Part shown: piece by piece, positions 18,739 through 31,490 of the stretch
How the letters are laid out: every line of letters begins with the position of its first letter
Position numbering within the stretch: the first letter of the stretch is position 1
Assembly: GCA_973895155.1 (NCBI GenBank)
Contig: OZ316891.1
Span: 6,853,708 to 6,917,707 of the forward strand
From: Marsupella aquatica
Lineage: Eukaryota; Plantae; Marchantiophyta
Reading direction: 5' to 3'
Length of the DNA stretch: 64,000 nucleotides
Notes under the pieces: generated by a model
What the model saw: the letters and a program-made list of their open reading frames with translations, nothing else
Databases searched by the model: none
Told to the model about the DNA's origin: nothing
Translations under genes and position numbers: made by a program

Positions 18739-21700
18739 CAGATCAAGTGTGCCTGTAATCACACACACAGCATAAACGTAAAATTACTTACGTTATCACA
18801 AAGCAGATATTCAGGGACCGGGAATAATCTGCACTAGCACAAATTAATCACAAGCCCTCATGGTGTATCACATAACACAGGATGGGGCATACCGTCAGCA
18901 GATGCAGCAGATTTTACTCCCACAAGCTCATTTTAAAGGATTCAATCACAGGAAACGCCTGAGTCAGTGGACTTGAGTTCAGTAGATTGAAATTATATTC
19001 CTTTCAATCTCTCTTCATAGTCTCCGGCAACAAAATAAGTATCTAGAACCCTCGCCAACAAGCCTCCGTGTCTAGCTCAACAAATGATTCTATTACCCAC
19101 ATCAACCAGGTTGTTAGAGCTGTTATGCGGATGACGATGCCGAGGAGATAGATTTTCGAGGACTTCAACCTCGGCAGTTTTGACGTTTTTAAAATGCTCG
19201 TTTTAGGCACAAGTCTGAACACCAGCTTGATTTCTGGAAGTTCAGAAGTTAGTCTCTAACTCTCAAACAGACGCATGAGGAACAACCCATCAAATCAACT
19301 AAGCTAGTGTGAAATATTCTCCATTCCTGAAAATTCCCCATGGCCTAGCTTCAAGTTGAGAAGTGCCAGTCTGTTTCAGCTGGCCCTACTCTCACCATGG
19401 CTAATGATACAAGGCTGGTTGGCCAAGCTGCTGACAGGTCCTTCGAACTGTAAATTCACTAGATTACATCTGCAGCTGTATTGAAACACAGATAGTATAG
19501 CAGATAGCAATCAGACTAACGTCATGCCTCCCACCAACTTTGCGACCAGCCACTTTGTCAACAGCCTTTGATTTGCCTGCAATTTTCTCTCTTGCACAAA
19601 TTGGAAAGATCCGGCTTGTGAAGGATCTCCTTCATCCTTCCACTTGCTAAGGCAGAAAACTCTTTCAATTCCACGAAGAGGCACTGACCTCAAGTAAAAC
19701 GGATGGATGGGACATTATATGCATTACAGAGGTCAATAGTCCTCTATAGTAGCACTAACTGATGTAACCAATCTGCAAGATTGGCGACTCCTCCTCTACC
19801 CTCACACTAGACGAGGAAAATATGTGAAGAGTTTTCCGCTGCCGTTGCTGCTGTAAATCCCATATTCAAGGTCCTCTTCATCAAAGACATGGAATACGGC
19901 GACAATTTTTCACCTTGCCTCATACTGCTCGTCGGAAGCTCGTCGTACCATTCCACCTAAATTTTTGTTTGGTCTGGAATTACATGGCTTTTAGAGATGA
20001 TCAATCGCAACATTTTCAATCTCAGATAAGTTTGGTAAAGGCGCTTTTCAGCCCTCTTCAGCTGCTACGGATACACGTGGCAATAACTTATCTCATTTAC
20101 AAACTGCATCTTCACGCTGTTGTCCTTGTATATGCTCTCGCTGGTCAATGGGCTTCCAGGTGTTATATTATGACAGGACTCAAACTTCTTGAACTATTCA
20201 GTTTGTGACAGATGTCTCAATCAGAATGGTCTCTCTCTCAGGTTGTTTGCAAACCATCAGGACGTCCATAACGCTAGTTCATTAACCTCTTGACATCCCC
20301 GAGCTAGTTAGGGCTCTGAAGAAACAACAGTTCCTCCCTTATGTCTGTCTGTTTGCAGGTAAAAATACCAGGTGGCTGAGGGAAATAGAGAGTGCCATGC
20401 CTATTGTGCCGAGACTAAAAATAGCATATGTGATAGGGCATAACGTTTGGATGAGAGGCTTACAAGGGGATACAAGCTTAGATATGACTATATAATATAT
20501 GTGATTACTTGGACAACAAAAGACACTAAAGCAGACAACTTCTCAGATAGTCAATCTCTTATGACGAAATAAATGACAATGGAAAGAAAAAAAACTCCCC
20601 TCACCTCCTACATAGTTGCAATGACATATTCCAGAAGTAGAGCCCAGGGACTTCGACCAACAGGAAATCTACCGACCCAAACGCCCCACTACTACTAAAG
20701 CAACCCACACCACATATGTTGCACTCACTTCTTGAGACGGAAACTACAAGAAAAACTAACATGCTATCCACCAATTGGCTCTTAGATCATCAACTCTGAA
20801 GTGAAGCAGTCCTCATTCAACGTGGACACCTCCACCACAACCTCGAGAGACATACACAGGACCTGAGTTCTACCTCCGAAGCTTCCAAGGCTATATCGAG
20901 GACACTATTCACAGTTGACAAAAAAACACTCGGAAAACCAATTTCTATGATAGAGTAGGCAAGGCCCAACACAGATTGCAGACAGGTAGCAAGAAAGGTA
21001 TCTTGGAAAAAACCCTAGACTCCAACAGATGACAACGCCATACAATAATAGATCAAGCATTATTGTCACTCAGACCACAGAAAAGGTTCTCTTGAATGAC
21101 CCCTTCTACTCCAGTAGATATGAACACCAGAAACCCAGCTGAAATGGAAAAAATGGGGGAACGGCACTGGACAGTCCTCGAATCTCTCAAAGGGCGCTCG
21201 CGATGGCCTCCGATCGAGATCCACACCTGGGTTGCAGCCGTCTGATGCGCAGCAACAGATCCGAGAGCAGCACCGACGATCGTAGCTGGAATCGCGGCCA
21301 TCTCCAACAAACACAACAGCAGAGCTCCAACGAAATGATAACAGAGTCGCAACCCCTGCCCTTCTCTGCCTGCCCTGATCTGCTCTGCTCTGATCTGCCC
21401 CACTATTCTTGGCCAAATGGACAGTCTCGTCGCTCGGCTGATTCTCTTGCTACTACTGTAGTGTACGCTAAAAACCTCAGCCCGGCAAGCACATTAGGGC
21501 GTGCAGAAACTGTGTGGTTTGCAAAAACGAGATAATGGAGGGATTGAGATATAATCCAGGATTGGTTTTCACTGACGTCGTGCAAAAACTGTGTAGTCAC
21601 CAAAATCGAGAGAAAGAAGGGATTGGGATTAAATCAAGGATTGGTTTTCACTGATGGGTCACTTTGGTGATGATTTTGTCGTCTCAACCAGCTTCAGGAA

Positions 21701-22399
21701 ATTGTACAAACCCCAGAAGTCTGCAAGCTATCTCCTAGGTTGTCTGATCGCAACAAAATTGACAGACAAAAATTCATGTTCTGCACTCACACCGTGAAAG
21801 AGTCCAGGCGGGACCTCAAATCTGAAGATCGACTCAGGTCACGACTCAGGTGAAGGAGAATTCCAGGAGGGTTGTCAACCATAATGGAAATTGGGAGAAA
21901 CTCGACAACCCTACACAAAAACACAGAACTAGCAAATACGCATCAGCAGCTGAGGCGAGAGTCACAAAATGACGGAGGCAGGGCATGAGCAATAACCAAC
22001 CTGACCAGGCTCTGATGTGTCCTACTTCGCTTGCTTCTCTGATCGAGATGAAATTCGACCTGGCACCACTTCTGACCGTGTCCACCAGACGCGCACATTG
22101 CTCGGCGCTCCACGGGCCTAACGATGACGACCACGGACGGCCAATGCAAACAGGACGCTCTCGCGCGACGGGAAAGCGAAATTCCCCGAGTTCCATGACT
22201 CTCACTCCGTCACGGAAAAGTGCAATCCCGTCCTGTCCCTGACGGAATTCCCGTGGGCTCCATCCATCGACGGGTATCCCCTCCTGGGCCAATTTTGACA
22301 CGCCCACTACTCCTGTACCACACTGCCCCTGGTGCTGCAGTAGTAGGTCCGTGACTCGAGGGCCTGTACTAAAAATGTCGATCGATGGATGGATAGAAT

Positions 22400-22930
22400 G
22401 ATCACCCCACTCCCAATTTTAGCTCCATGGAACCCGATTCAGATTCAGGGCGTTTAGATTGTAGATTGTGGATTGATGGATATGGATGAAATAGATTAAC
22501 CTATAAATGTGAGCCAGGTTCTGGCTACTGGGAGTGAGAGGATCAGACCTCCATCCCCAGTTGAGTTCCATGGAACCCCATTGGAATTAAGAAAACCCAG
22601 TTTGGCACTCTTGGGTGGGTGACTTAGAGATTTACATTATTTGTGGCTTTGACTGGGTTCCACTTGCTCCCAAGGGTCGCTAGGGTGTGAAAGCAGCCTG
22701 TCCATGGGCTGGACGGGCTGGGTTCTGGCCACTGGGAGTGAGAGGGTCAGACCTCCATTCCCAGTTTTGTGCCACGGAAACCCCATTCATATTGAGAAAA
22801 CCCAATGTGGCACTCTTGGGTGGGTGACTTTGAAATGTACTTGGTGGCTTTGGCTGGGTTCCATTTGCTCCCAAGGGTCCCTATATAGTGTGTGCAAGCA
22901 GCCTGTCCATGGGCTGGACAGGCTGGGGCC
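22400..22930. repeat. Tandem duplication of ~205 bp plus a partial third unit
   Basis: GGTTCTGGC(T/C)ACTGGGAGTGAGAGG..CAGACCTCCAT occurs at ~22517 and ~22720. Confidence 0.8.
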
Positions 22931-23333
22931 ATAACGTGTGTTTTGGTACCCTAAATTTTGATGTGACATCTGCTTGCTGCTAGGTTTGACCTCATCAAAT
23001 CCAGGGAACGTTCCTCACTGGTGGACTGCACTGAGTATTGTATTTAGCATGGCCCACAGTAATTCTGATATTCAGTTTCTTGGCGTGAAGACCTAAACTA
23101 CTGTGGACAACCAGGAGGTTAAGTTAAACTACTATATAATTATCAAGGGCATCGAATCAGGTTGAGCCACATCATTCCCTCTAAAAGTGGCTAAAGTTGG
23201 CTAAATTTGGCTGGGCATGGGTTCGCATATACTTCTAGACCAAAAGGGATCAAAGCAAGTTGAAAACCATATGCTTTGGAATGAAAGTATGGTTGGTAAA
23301 GCATGGGTTGACAGATGCTTCCAGACCAACGTC

Positions 23334-23757
23334 AAGCCTTTCATGATTTTTCTCTTTGTATATTTGAGTGCATTAATTCTCCATAATTAATGCACCCCTT
23401 TTTTTGAGGAGGGGATTATACAAAACACCATAAATATAGTAAAAGTAAAAATTAAATATAGTTTTACCATACACAAAAAAATTTAAATTTAGTCAAGATC
23501 TCAAGATGATAACCAAATTTTATATGGTGATATGAACAAAATATCTATGAATAGAATCTAATATAACTCAAGAACGTATATTTTTGGCCAATTCCATAGC
23601 AATCACTTCTTGGATGACCTTTTAATCTGAATTTTCTATTTCAGGGATTCATTTTTTCTTGTTTGTTATGAAAAAGTCACTCAAGTTTTTACGTACATTA
23701 ATGTCCTAATTATGGGCATTATATCCCACAATGCCCTCTAACCAGGACATTATCATA
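23334..23757 (+). repeat. Dispersed AT-rich repeat, copy 1 (partner at 35790-36258)
   Basis: Near-identical from AAGCCTTTCATGA to CCAGGACATTATC; copy 2 has ~42 extra bases. Confidence 0.9.
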
Positions 23758-24277
23758 TTCTAAGGGTATATGTGTGTAGGTGATATGGGTTTTGTGGGTA
23801 GTGGATTGGAGTTCTGATTATCTACTTAGCCCCTGGTTGCCCACTTTGTGGCCCTGATTTAATCATCTCTCCTTCCTGGTGTGAGTCCGTGGAGGATCCA
23901 TTGGGGCTCACCCTGGTTCCCTACAGAAAAAGTGTCACAATGGGGTGGGGGAGTCTGATTGTATTTCCTCCCCATTTCCTTTCAAGACAAAATAAAATAA
24001 AATATGCAGCAAACCGAGAAGCTGACTGTACCGCACAACCGCCCTAACCTGTCCGCTCGACGGCCTCAGAACCCTCATTCGCCTTTGAAAATCCTGCCAA
24101 TGGGAGGCCGCGTAGACCCGCCATACCGCCCTGATTCAAGTCTGCGCACAGGCGCATGCAGACACGTCACCCACCGATGCTACACCTACGTCTCGCGGCC
24201 AGAGTCTGTCGCGTGCCCACTGGCGCCGGCACTTCTCTGGAAGTTGCAGGCCGCATCAGCCCTCCGGCTCACTACGT

Positions 24278-24808
24278 CACTCCTCTCGCTCCTCATCGCT
24301 CCTCACTATTTCAACTAGCAGGTCCGTTTCTTTGTCAAAGTTTGAAAAGTGAGTTCGCACTCCTCTTGCTCCTCGTCGCTCTCACTCGCTCATCATCGAT
24401 CCTCACTATTTTAACTAGCAGGTCCGTTTCTTCATCGAAGTTCAAAAAGAAAGTTCATACTCCTCTCGCTCCTCGTCGCTCCCACTTGCTCATCATTGCT
24501 CCTCTTATTTCAACTTGCAGGTCCGTTTCTTCGTCGAAGTTCAAAAAATTGCTCCTCACTATTTCAACTAGCAGGTCCGTTTCTTTGTTGACGATCGAAA
24601 AGTAAGTTCACACTCCTCTTGCTCCTCATCGCTCCCACTCGCTCATCATCGCTCCTCACTATTTCAACTAGCAGGTCCGTTTCTTCGTTGAAGTTCAAAA
24701 AGAAAGTTCACACTCCTCTTGCTCCTCGTCGCTCCCATTCGCTCATCATTGCTCCTCACTATTTCAACTAGTAGGTCCGTTTCTTCGTCGAAGTTCGAAA
24801 AGAAAGTA
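24278..24808 (+). repeat. Tandem repeat, ~100-bp unit, 5-6 copies
   Basis: CACTATTTCAACTAGCAGGTCCGTTTCT-like core at ~24304, 24403, 24505, 24557, 24657 and 24757. Confidence 0.9.
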
Positions 24809-26225
24809 AGTCAGAGATTTTGAACCTTCTGCAACGTTGAGGAGGTGCACCCGAGTTTTAACCTTCTGCGTTTGCACATCCTTGCTCTGCTTCAATTGTC
24901 GGGGGAGTTATGTTTCAATGAATTAATGATTCGAATGCGGATCAAAGTCTTTTAGGGATTATAGTTCAACGGGTTGACAAGAACCAAGGGAATCCGTCCT
25001 TCGTATTGAGGGTTCGTGTTCATGGGATCTCTTCCTCTTTGCCATGTCTATGAAGGGCTTGCTTGCTTGACTGCGCTTTACTCGTCTCCTTCTCTACCAA
25101 TGACTAATTTATCATGTTTCCTTCAGTCCTCGTGTGCTGGTGATTGCAATTGTGATGTTTCCTCGATCCTTTGTTTGGCCGTTTTCACATTTCATTTTTG
25201 TGCTTTGTTCTCTCATTACCCGATATCCCTCAGCAATCTGAGTATTGTCATCCCAGATGCCTTTTCGGTACTGTCAAGCGTTTATCTTGCCTTGAAAGTT
25301 TGGGTGATAAAATGGAAGTTCTGGTTATCATGTCGGTCACATACATGTGTAGGCCTTTCCAGTTAGCCATTAAAGCTATGTGGGTTTTAATCATTGAACT
25401 TAAGAAACGTACCTGCTTGCGTACATATGAAGTGTAGGGTAACCCATCCCCAAGAGGGGGTAATGGTATGTAATCCCAGAGGGCGCTGAGCCCAAGGGGG
25501 TTACATCCATTATCCCCAAGTGGGGATGAGTTACCGAGCATAAAGCCTGAGTGAATTTTTACTCAACATTCAGTTCAGTTTTAAACAGTAAAAGTGTGAT
25601 CCGTCACTATCTGCTAGTTGCACTTACCCTATTTCTCATTCAAATTTCATAATCCCCAGGCCAGGCTAGCCCAGGGATTCCGTGTCTTCACCTGGGGGTA
25701 ATGCCTCATAACCTAGTACACATATACAAAGAAAAAATTCACGAGGGGTTTACGATTGAATTAATTGGTTCTGACCCATACTATGGAAATGTTTGTAAGT
25801 GGGATATATTTGTAGTTTCCATGCAAAGAAGCTTATGATTATAACTTGAAAATAAACATAGAATTAAGAATGTTGATTCACTTATATATGTTGAGACTGT
25901 AATGACAATGTATATGATTTTTTTGATCTTAGGAAAGAGATGGAGGAACTGAGCAAGACAGTGCTTGATGGGAAAATGCGGCTACAAAATGTAGCAAATC
26001 TGGGCAGACAGATCTAGGAAAGCTAGAACTGAATTCCTTATATGTGAAGGAGCTTGTTATGGTTGTGAACTCGGGGGGTTAACTAAGTATATATTTTGGG
26101 GTACCACGTGCGATCCTAGCCTAATATAAATAGACCTATTTTATAAAGAAAATATTTTCTATTTTCAATATTAATAACCTATTTTATTTTATAAAAAGTA
26201 TATATTAGAGAATATTCTATAAACA

Positions 26226-28579
26226 TCCTAAAGTATAATACACAGTTGCGCCACTTTTTAGAGTGGTCGTCATTTAAATTTGAAGGGCATAAAAATTTAA
26301 AAATGTGATCAAAGGTAAGTAATAAAATCAAAATGTGGATTGAGTTTAGTGTGACACAAAAAGTTACACCATTGTCCAAGACAAGCCAAATAATCACACG
26401 AGACACCCCAAAAAGTGAAAGACTTTAATTAATGCATGACAATCAATGCACGAGGATCAAGGAGGATACTCCCTCCAGGCCCCGGTTTAACCTGACGGGC
26501 AAGTTGACGGCTTGCCGGGCACGTCAAATGACGGCTCAAAAATGACCAATTTAACGGATATTCCACAATATTCTCCCGAACTCACCCGGACTCCCCCGGA
26601 CCCTTCCCGGACTCCCCCAGACCCGAACCCGGACTCCCCCGGACCCCGGTTCGGGGTGGCAGCCAGCCGGGGCCGGGTCTGGGGTCGGGGCTGGGGAAGG
26701 AGGGCGGGGTTTAGAGTCCCGGACTCCCCCGGACCCAAACCCGGACCCTTCCCGAACTCCCCCGAACTCCCCCGACCTACCCTGAACTCCCGGTCCCCCG
26801 AACCTCGCCCGAACTCCCCCGAACCCGGCCCAGACTCCCCCTCACCCGAACTCCCCCTCGCCCGAACTCCCCCGACCTCCCCCAAACCTTGCCCGAACCC
26901 GGCCCGAATGTCTCCCGAACTTGTCCCGGCCCGGACTGCTCCCGAACCCGGGTGCCGGGTTGCCGATTTGCCGACAATTTTTGGCCAGTTTGACGAGCAA
27001 GGTCAAACCGGGCTCCAGGCCTCCATGATCCGTATTGTACATACTTAGAGTATTCTACATATTCAATATTATGTGCAACATAGTTTTGTATAATAGTGAT
27101 AAGAGGAGTTTAATTGCTAATAATATTTTAGTCACTTGATAAATAAATAATTGTTCTCCCAATATTTGTGGTGATTTTTAGAGTCATTTGCACTATCATT
27201 TTCAATGCCAAAAAACAAAGTAATAAGGCCCAAAGACATAGTGAAACGCATGACACAGACGTTGATGGAAAGTTGTCGGGCGAGGGGCACACTTGCAATG
27301 TAAGGCAGCCCCTCGAAGTGCTCCAGTCGCGCACGGGTGGGGAGGGAGGGGGCGGCGAGCGAGTGGAGTGATGGTGAAATGGGGAAAAGGGGGAGGTTAA
27401 GGTTTAAAAGGAACATAAGAGGAAAACAAGTTTAAAAGGGGGAAAAAACACCTCTCATTTTGTTACACTTTTGTGGTTGTCATAGCCAGTGGTTTGTGCA
27501 ATGACGTCTTTTATTCAAAGAATTTTTTTGTGCAAGGAGAAAAAAGAAAAAGGGAACTTTTGTGGCTGCCGTGGCCAGTATTTTGCACAATGATATCTTT
27601 CATTCAACAAAACGTTTTGTGCAATTTTTTATTCAATGATATCTTTTGCACCATGAGCTATTTCTCAACAACATCTTTAACCAAACAACATCTTTTATGC
27701 AACGCACGGGGATTGAAAGGATAGCGATAAAATGGTCATCTTTGCTAAACCCTAAAACCTTAAACCTGAAACCAATAATATAACATTGCGCCAATGTATA
27801 GAGTGGTCGCCATTCAAATGCAAGGGCATTTTGGGTAAAATACAAACAAAGAAAAAGACTTGCTCCTTCTCTCCTTGACTTTTTACTTCATAACATCTTT
27901 CACATAATGACAACTTGGATGAAACGACACATTTTTTTTCTTTATAACATCTTTTACTTCACAATATCTTTGGCAAAATGACACATTTTTCTTATCAACA
28001 TCTTTCACATAATGGCATCTTTGGCAAAATGACTTCAAGGACATCTTTTGTGCAATGCACGGGTATTTTCCCTCAACGATGTCTTGGCTGACATGACATC
28101 TTTTCCCTCAATGATGTCTTTGCTGACACGACATATTTTTTCTCAACGACATCTTGGCCGACATGACAATTGTTTTCTTGACAACATCTTGGCCAACATG
28201 ACATCTTCTTTCTCAACGACCTCTTGACCGACATGACAAATTTTTTCCTCAATGACTTCTTTTCTCTTAACGACCTCTTGGCCATCTTTTTTTCTCAACG
28301 ACTTCTTTTCTCTCAACGACCTCTTGGCCGACACAACATCTTTTCTCTCCATGACCTCTTGGCCGACACTACATCTTTTTTCTCCACGACCTCTTGGCCG
28401 ACACTACATCTTTTCTCTCCATGACCTCTTGGCCAACACAACATCTTTTTCTCTCCACAACCTCTTGGCTGACACTACATCTTTTCTCTCAACGACCTCT
28501 TTGGCCGACACGACATCTTTTTTTCTCGACATCTTGGCCGACATGACTTCTTTTGTGCAACACACGGGTATTGAGCTAG
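26226..28579 (+). mobile_element. Non-autonomous Helitron
   Basis: 5' TC and 3' GTGCAACACACGGGTATTGAGCTAG. Inserted between A(26225) and T(28580) with no TSD, as shown by the empty site AAACA|TAAGTTT in MITE copy 2. Internal ~35-bp tandem repeats at 27860-28550. Confidence 0.88.
26481..27012. mobile_element. GC-rich MITE nested in the Helitron
   Basis: TIR CCCGGTTT(A/G)ACCT; perfect 8-bp TSD CTCCAGGC (26473-26480, 27013-27020); many internal CCCGAAC/CCCGGAC motifs. Confidence 0.9.
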
Positions 28580-30164
28580 TGAGTTTATAATACCTTCTTT
28601 TGCCTCCTACACTTTTTAAAATTTTAATTAATTTCTATCAAAAATACATATTTTGGATCGCATGTGGTTTCTAAGATTTTTGATAGTCAACCCCCCGAGG
28701 TTGTGAAGGGGCTGGTTGCTGAAAAAGAGACAAGTGGGCAAAACTTGGAGGAGAGTATACATCAGGCTGAGACTGAGGAGGTGGAGGTGGAGCAGATCCG
28801 TTCATCAAATAGACTGAAACAATATTTATCTGATGATTACATTTGTTTGTTATCTCATTCCACATACAGCGTCTTCGAGCATATGGAACTCGCTCTGCTT
28901 GCTGATAACAACTTGCTGAACCTAGATACCTCGCCCACTTTATTGTCTGGTTTTTTACAACAATATTTTTCTACTTCTGTAGTAGAACGGGTCCTTGCTA
29001 AGTATAAGGACTTACGGGACTCAATTTTGGGAGTACAATATTTTTTACGTGGTGGTTTTGGATTGCTAGCACTGAGGACTATGGAGAGCATTATCAACGA
29101 TGAGGTACATACAGGTACAAAGGAACAGAGTGGAAATGCGAGTCAGTGTGGAAGTGCAAGCTGTGGCAGAGAGTCCAGTGCCGATGACAGAGTACATAGA
29201 CTACATGAAATAGTTCAAGTCTGATCAAGAAAAAGACAAGATTCTAGGAGAGGGTGAGGTAGAGGATTAGGCGGCTATGGAAGAGGTTCTGGAGGTTTTG
29301 GAGGTCCTGGTGGTCCGGGTGGGGATGTTGTGACACCGACATTTTTGTGGGGGTACATATAACAGATGTTCATTTGCTGGCTTTTTTAACCCCACCCAAG
29401 GGAGGAGTGCACCGCAGTAGCACCATCAGAAACAGGTCCATGTTGTTTGCCAAAGCAGCAATACTACTAGAGCAGTGGACATTGTACAATCCTCTACGCA
29501 GTGTGCCTTCACATGTGCATTTGTTTCATGGTATGAGGAGTTCATCATGGCAAAGTTTCACGAGGAAGGGGATATGTCCTTTTTATCACAGAAATGAATT
29601 TCACATTGAAAAGTCATTTTATCTTACCAATTCTCTAGTCCATGCTTTTGAGCATCCCCTTCATGTTCATCCAGGCAAGCTGAGCAATGATACTATCAGT
29701 GTCCTGGATTTTTCAGTGCCCATTTCAGTTTTGCATGGAGAGGATTATGACACTTCCTTTAAGGTTGCTTGGTTTGAAGAATCTGACACAAGGTGGAAGG
29801 AATTTTGTGAAAGCAATTTCTTTCATCCAAACGATGCCATTGTACATGAGTTTGATGTGGTGATAGGCCCTAGTTGTGTTCCACGTGGAGTTGGGACTGG
29901 AATTGAGGCTCTTGCTATTGGAGGCCGAATATTGACACAAATTTGCTTTGCTTCACTGAGGTTGAGGACTTGGCTCCATGATTATGCTGTGTGTCTATTA
30001 CGAGAAGTTCGTGATACTTGAGGTAATCAAGCTATCATTTTCTAGTTTACATTGTACTGTGACCTGACAATGACTTAGACGTTTTGGAATGAATTTCTAA
30101 CTGTGGAATTTCGAGTGTTATTTTCTCATGTTAACTTTTTGTCCTTGTAACTCCCACAATGGAT

Positions 30165-30450
30165 CTCAGGGGGTTAACTAAGTGTATATTTTGGGGTACC
30201 ACGTGCGATCCTAGCATAATATAAATAGACCTATTTTATTAAGAAAATATTCCAAAAATATTCTCCATTTCAATATTAATAACCTATTTTACTTTACAAA
30301 AGGTGTATATTAGATAATATTCTATAAACATAAGTTTATAATACCTTCTTTTGCCTCTTACGCTTTTTAAAATTTTAGTTAATTTCTAGCAAAAATATCT
30401 ATTTTGGATCGCACGTGGTTCCTAAGATTTTTGATAGTCAACCCCCTAAG
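30165..30450 (+). mobile_element. MITE family A, copy 2 (intact, 286 bp)
   Basis: TIRs CTCAGGGGGTTAACTA / TAGTCAACCCCCTAAG; perfect 8-bp TSD CAATGGAT (30157-30164, 30451-30458). Confidence 0.95.
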
Positions 30451-31164
30451 CAATGGATGTAGGTAATCTTGTTGCAACCCTCATTCTTTTGCATCCACAT
30501 TTTGCAAGTGGAGCATTGTAACACAAAGTTTTCCTACAACTTAGCAGCAACAAACTACATTTTTTTGGATACTAGGGGCCCAAAGTTTCCCTACAGCTTC
30601 ACCGTCACATACACGAGTAGAATAATCAGAGGTGGTCAATAAGGGACAATGTCATTTTTTGCAAATATTTACTCAATGATGAATTTTTACGAGATAGAAT
30701 ATATATTTCCCGTCTCCCATTTGCATAGATTCTACCATAGGTTGGGACTTGGGATGCATATAGGGACTCAAAAAGTCACAATTTCAACTTTCGGTCTGGG
30801 AGGGTGTGACGGGTACCCCGTCACGGGAAGTCACACATAACTGGTTGCAAAGGCCGATACCTTGTTAATAGTCAATGTAAATAAGCCATTTTTTAATTTT
30901 TAGTTAATTCCGTCATTATAGGTTGATGATGCCCCAGGTGACTTTATATTCTTTCTCTCATAATAGTTCTAAGATTTGCGGCGACCTAAGTGGGCAAATA
31001 TTTTGGGACCTTGAAACTAGCCAGGACCAGCCCCATAGGACTTACCGTTTTGCTTCAAGAGCTATTGTTGAGACCCCCATTGCAAAGTCAGGAGAGGGGG
31101 GGGTTTTTTTAAATAAATCCCTCCTCAGGAGGGCGAGTCCCATTAGTGGCCGTCCGAGAGAAAG

Positions 31165-31490
31165 AGGGGCTGCCTCGCGAGCCCATAGGGCTGCGTGCCC
31201 GGGCGATTAATGGGGCTCCGCGAGCTGAAGGGGCTGCCTCGCGAGCCCATAGGGCTGCGTGCCCGGGCAATTAATGAGGCTCCGCGAGCTGAAGGAGCGC
31301 AAGCGAGCGGGGGGGGGGAGTTAAAGGGCCTCCCGCGAGCTGGGAGGATCACGCGAGCGGGGGGGAGTTAAAGGGCCTCCCGCGAGCTGGGAGGATCACG
31401 CGAGCGGGGGGGAGTTAAAGGGCCTCCCGCGAGCTGGGAGGATCACGCGAGCGGGGGGGAGTTGAAGGGCCTCCCGCGAGCCGGGAGGAA
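31165..31490 (+). repeat. GC-rich tandem repeats inside the element (~63 bp x2, then 47 bp x4)
   Basis: GCGAGCGGGGGGGAGTTAAAGGGCCTCCCGCGAGCTGGGAGGATCAC-like units at ~31303, 31353, 31400 and 31447. Confidence 0.92.

Larger units (their letters stand above)
26070..28699 (+). mobile_element. MITE family A, copy 1, split by a Helitron
   Basis: TIRs CTCGGGGGGTTAACTA / TAGTCAACCCCCCGAG; perfect 8-bp TSD GTTGTGAA (26062-26069, 28700-28707). The two halves match the intact copy at 30165-30450. Confidence 0.93.
25933..30021 (+). pseudogene. Disrupted gene with a C-terminal DUF3990-like (ADP-ribosyltransferase-fold) domain
   Basis: The frame joins across the removed MITE (LNSLYVKELVM-VVK-GLVAEKE). 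There are two in-frame TGA codons (29222, ~29255) and a frameshift at ~29330-29350. The domain reads HLFHG...EFHIEKSFYLTNS...A...WKEFC...HEFDVVIGP...QICFAS. Confidence 0.6.

Noticed and set aside
24278-24808. CRISPR-like array with a conserved 28-bp core
   Set aside because: The intervening sequences are themselves repeats of one another; this is an ordinary tandem repeat.
26487-27048. Pro-rich and Gly-rich ORFs (178 aa and 132 aa)
   Set aside because: Artefacts of the low-complexity, GC-rich MITE.
27860-28550. CRISPR-like array of ~35-bp repeats
   Set aside because: Head-to-tail degenerate units without unique spacers, located inside a Helitron in a eukaryotic genome, with no cas genes.
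26070-30450. Composite transposon or LTR pair carrying the DUF3990-like ORF between two direct repeats
   Set aside because: Each repeat has its own TIRs and its own distinct 8-bp TSD, and the gene continues to the left of the first copy, so these are independent MITE insertions.
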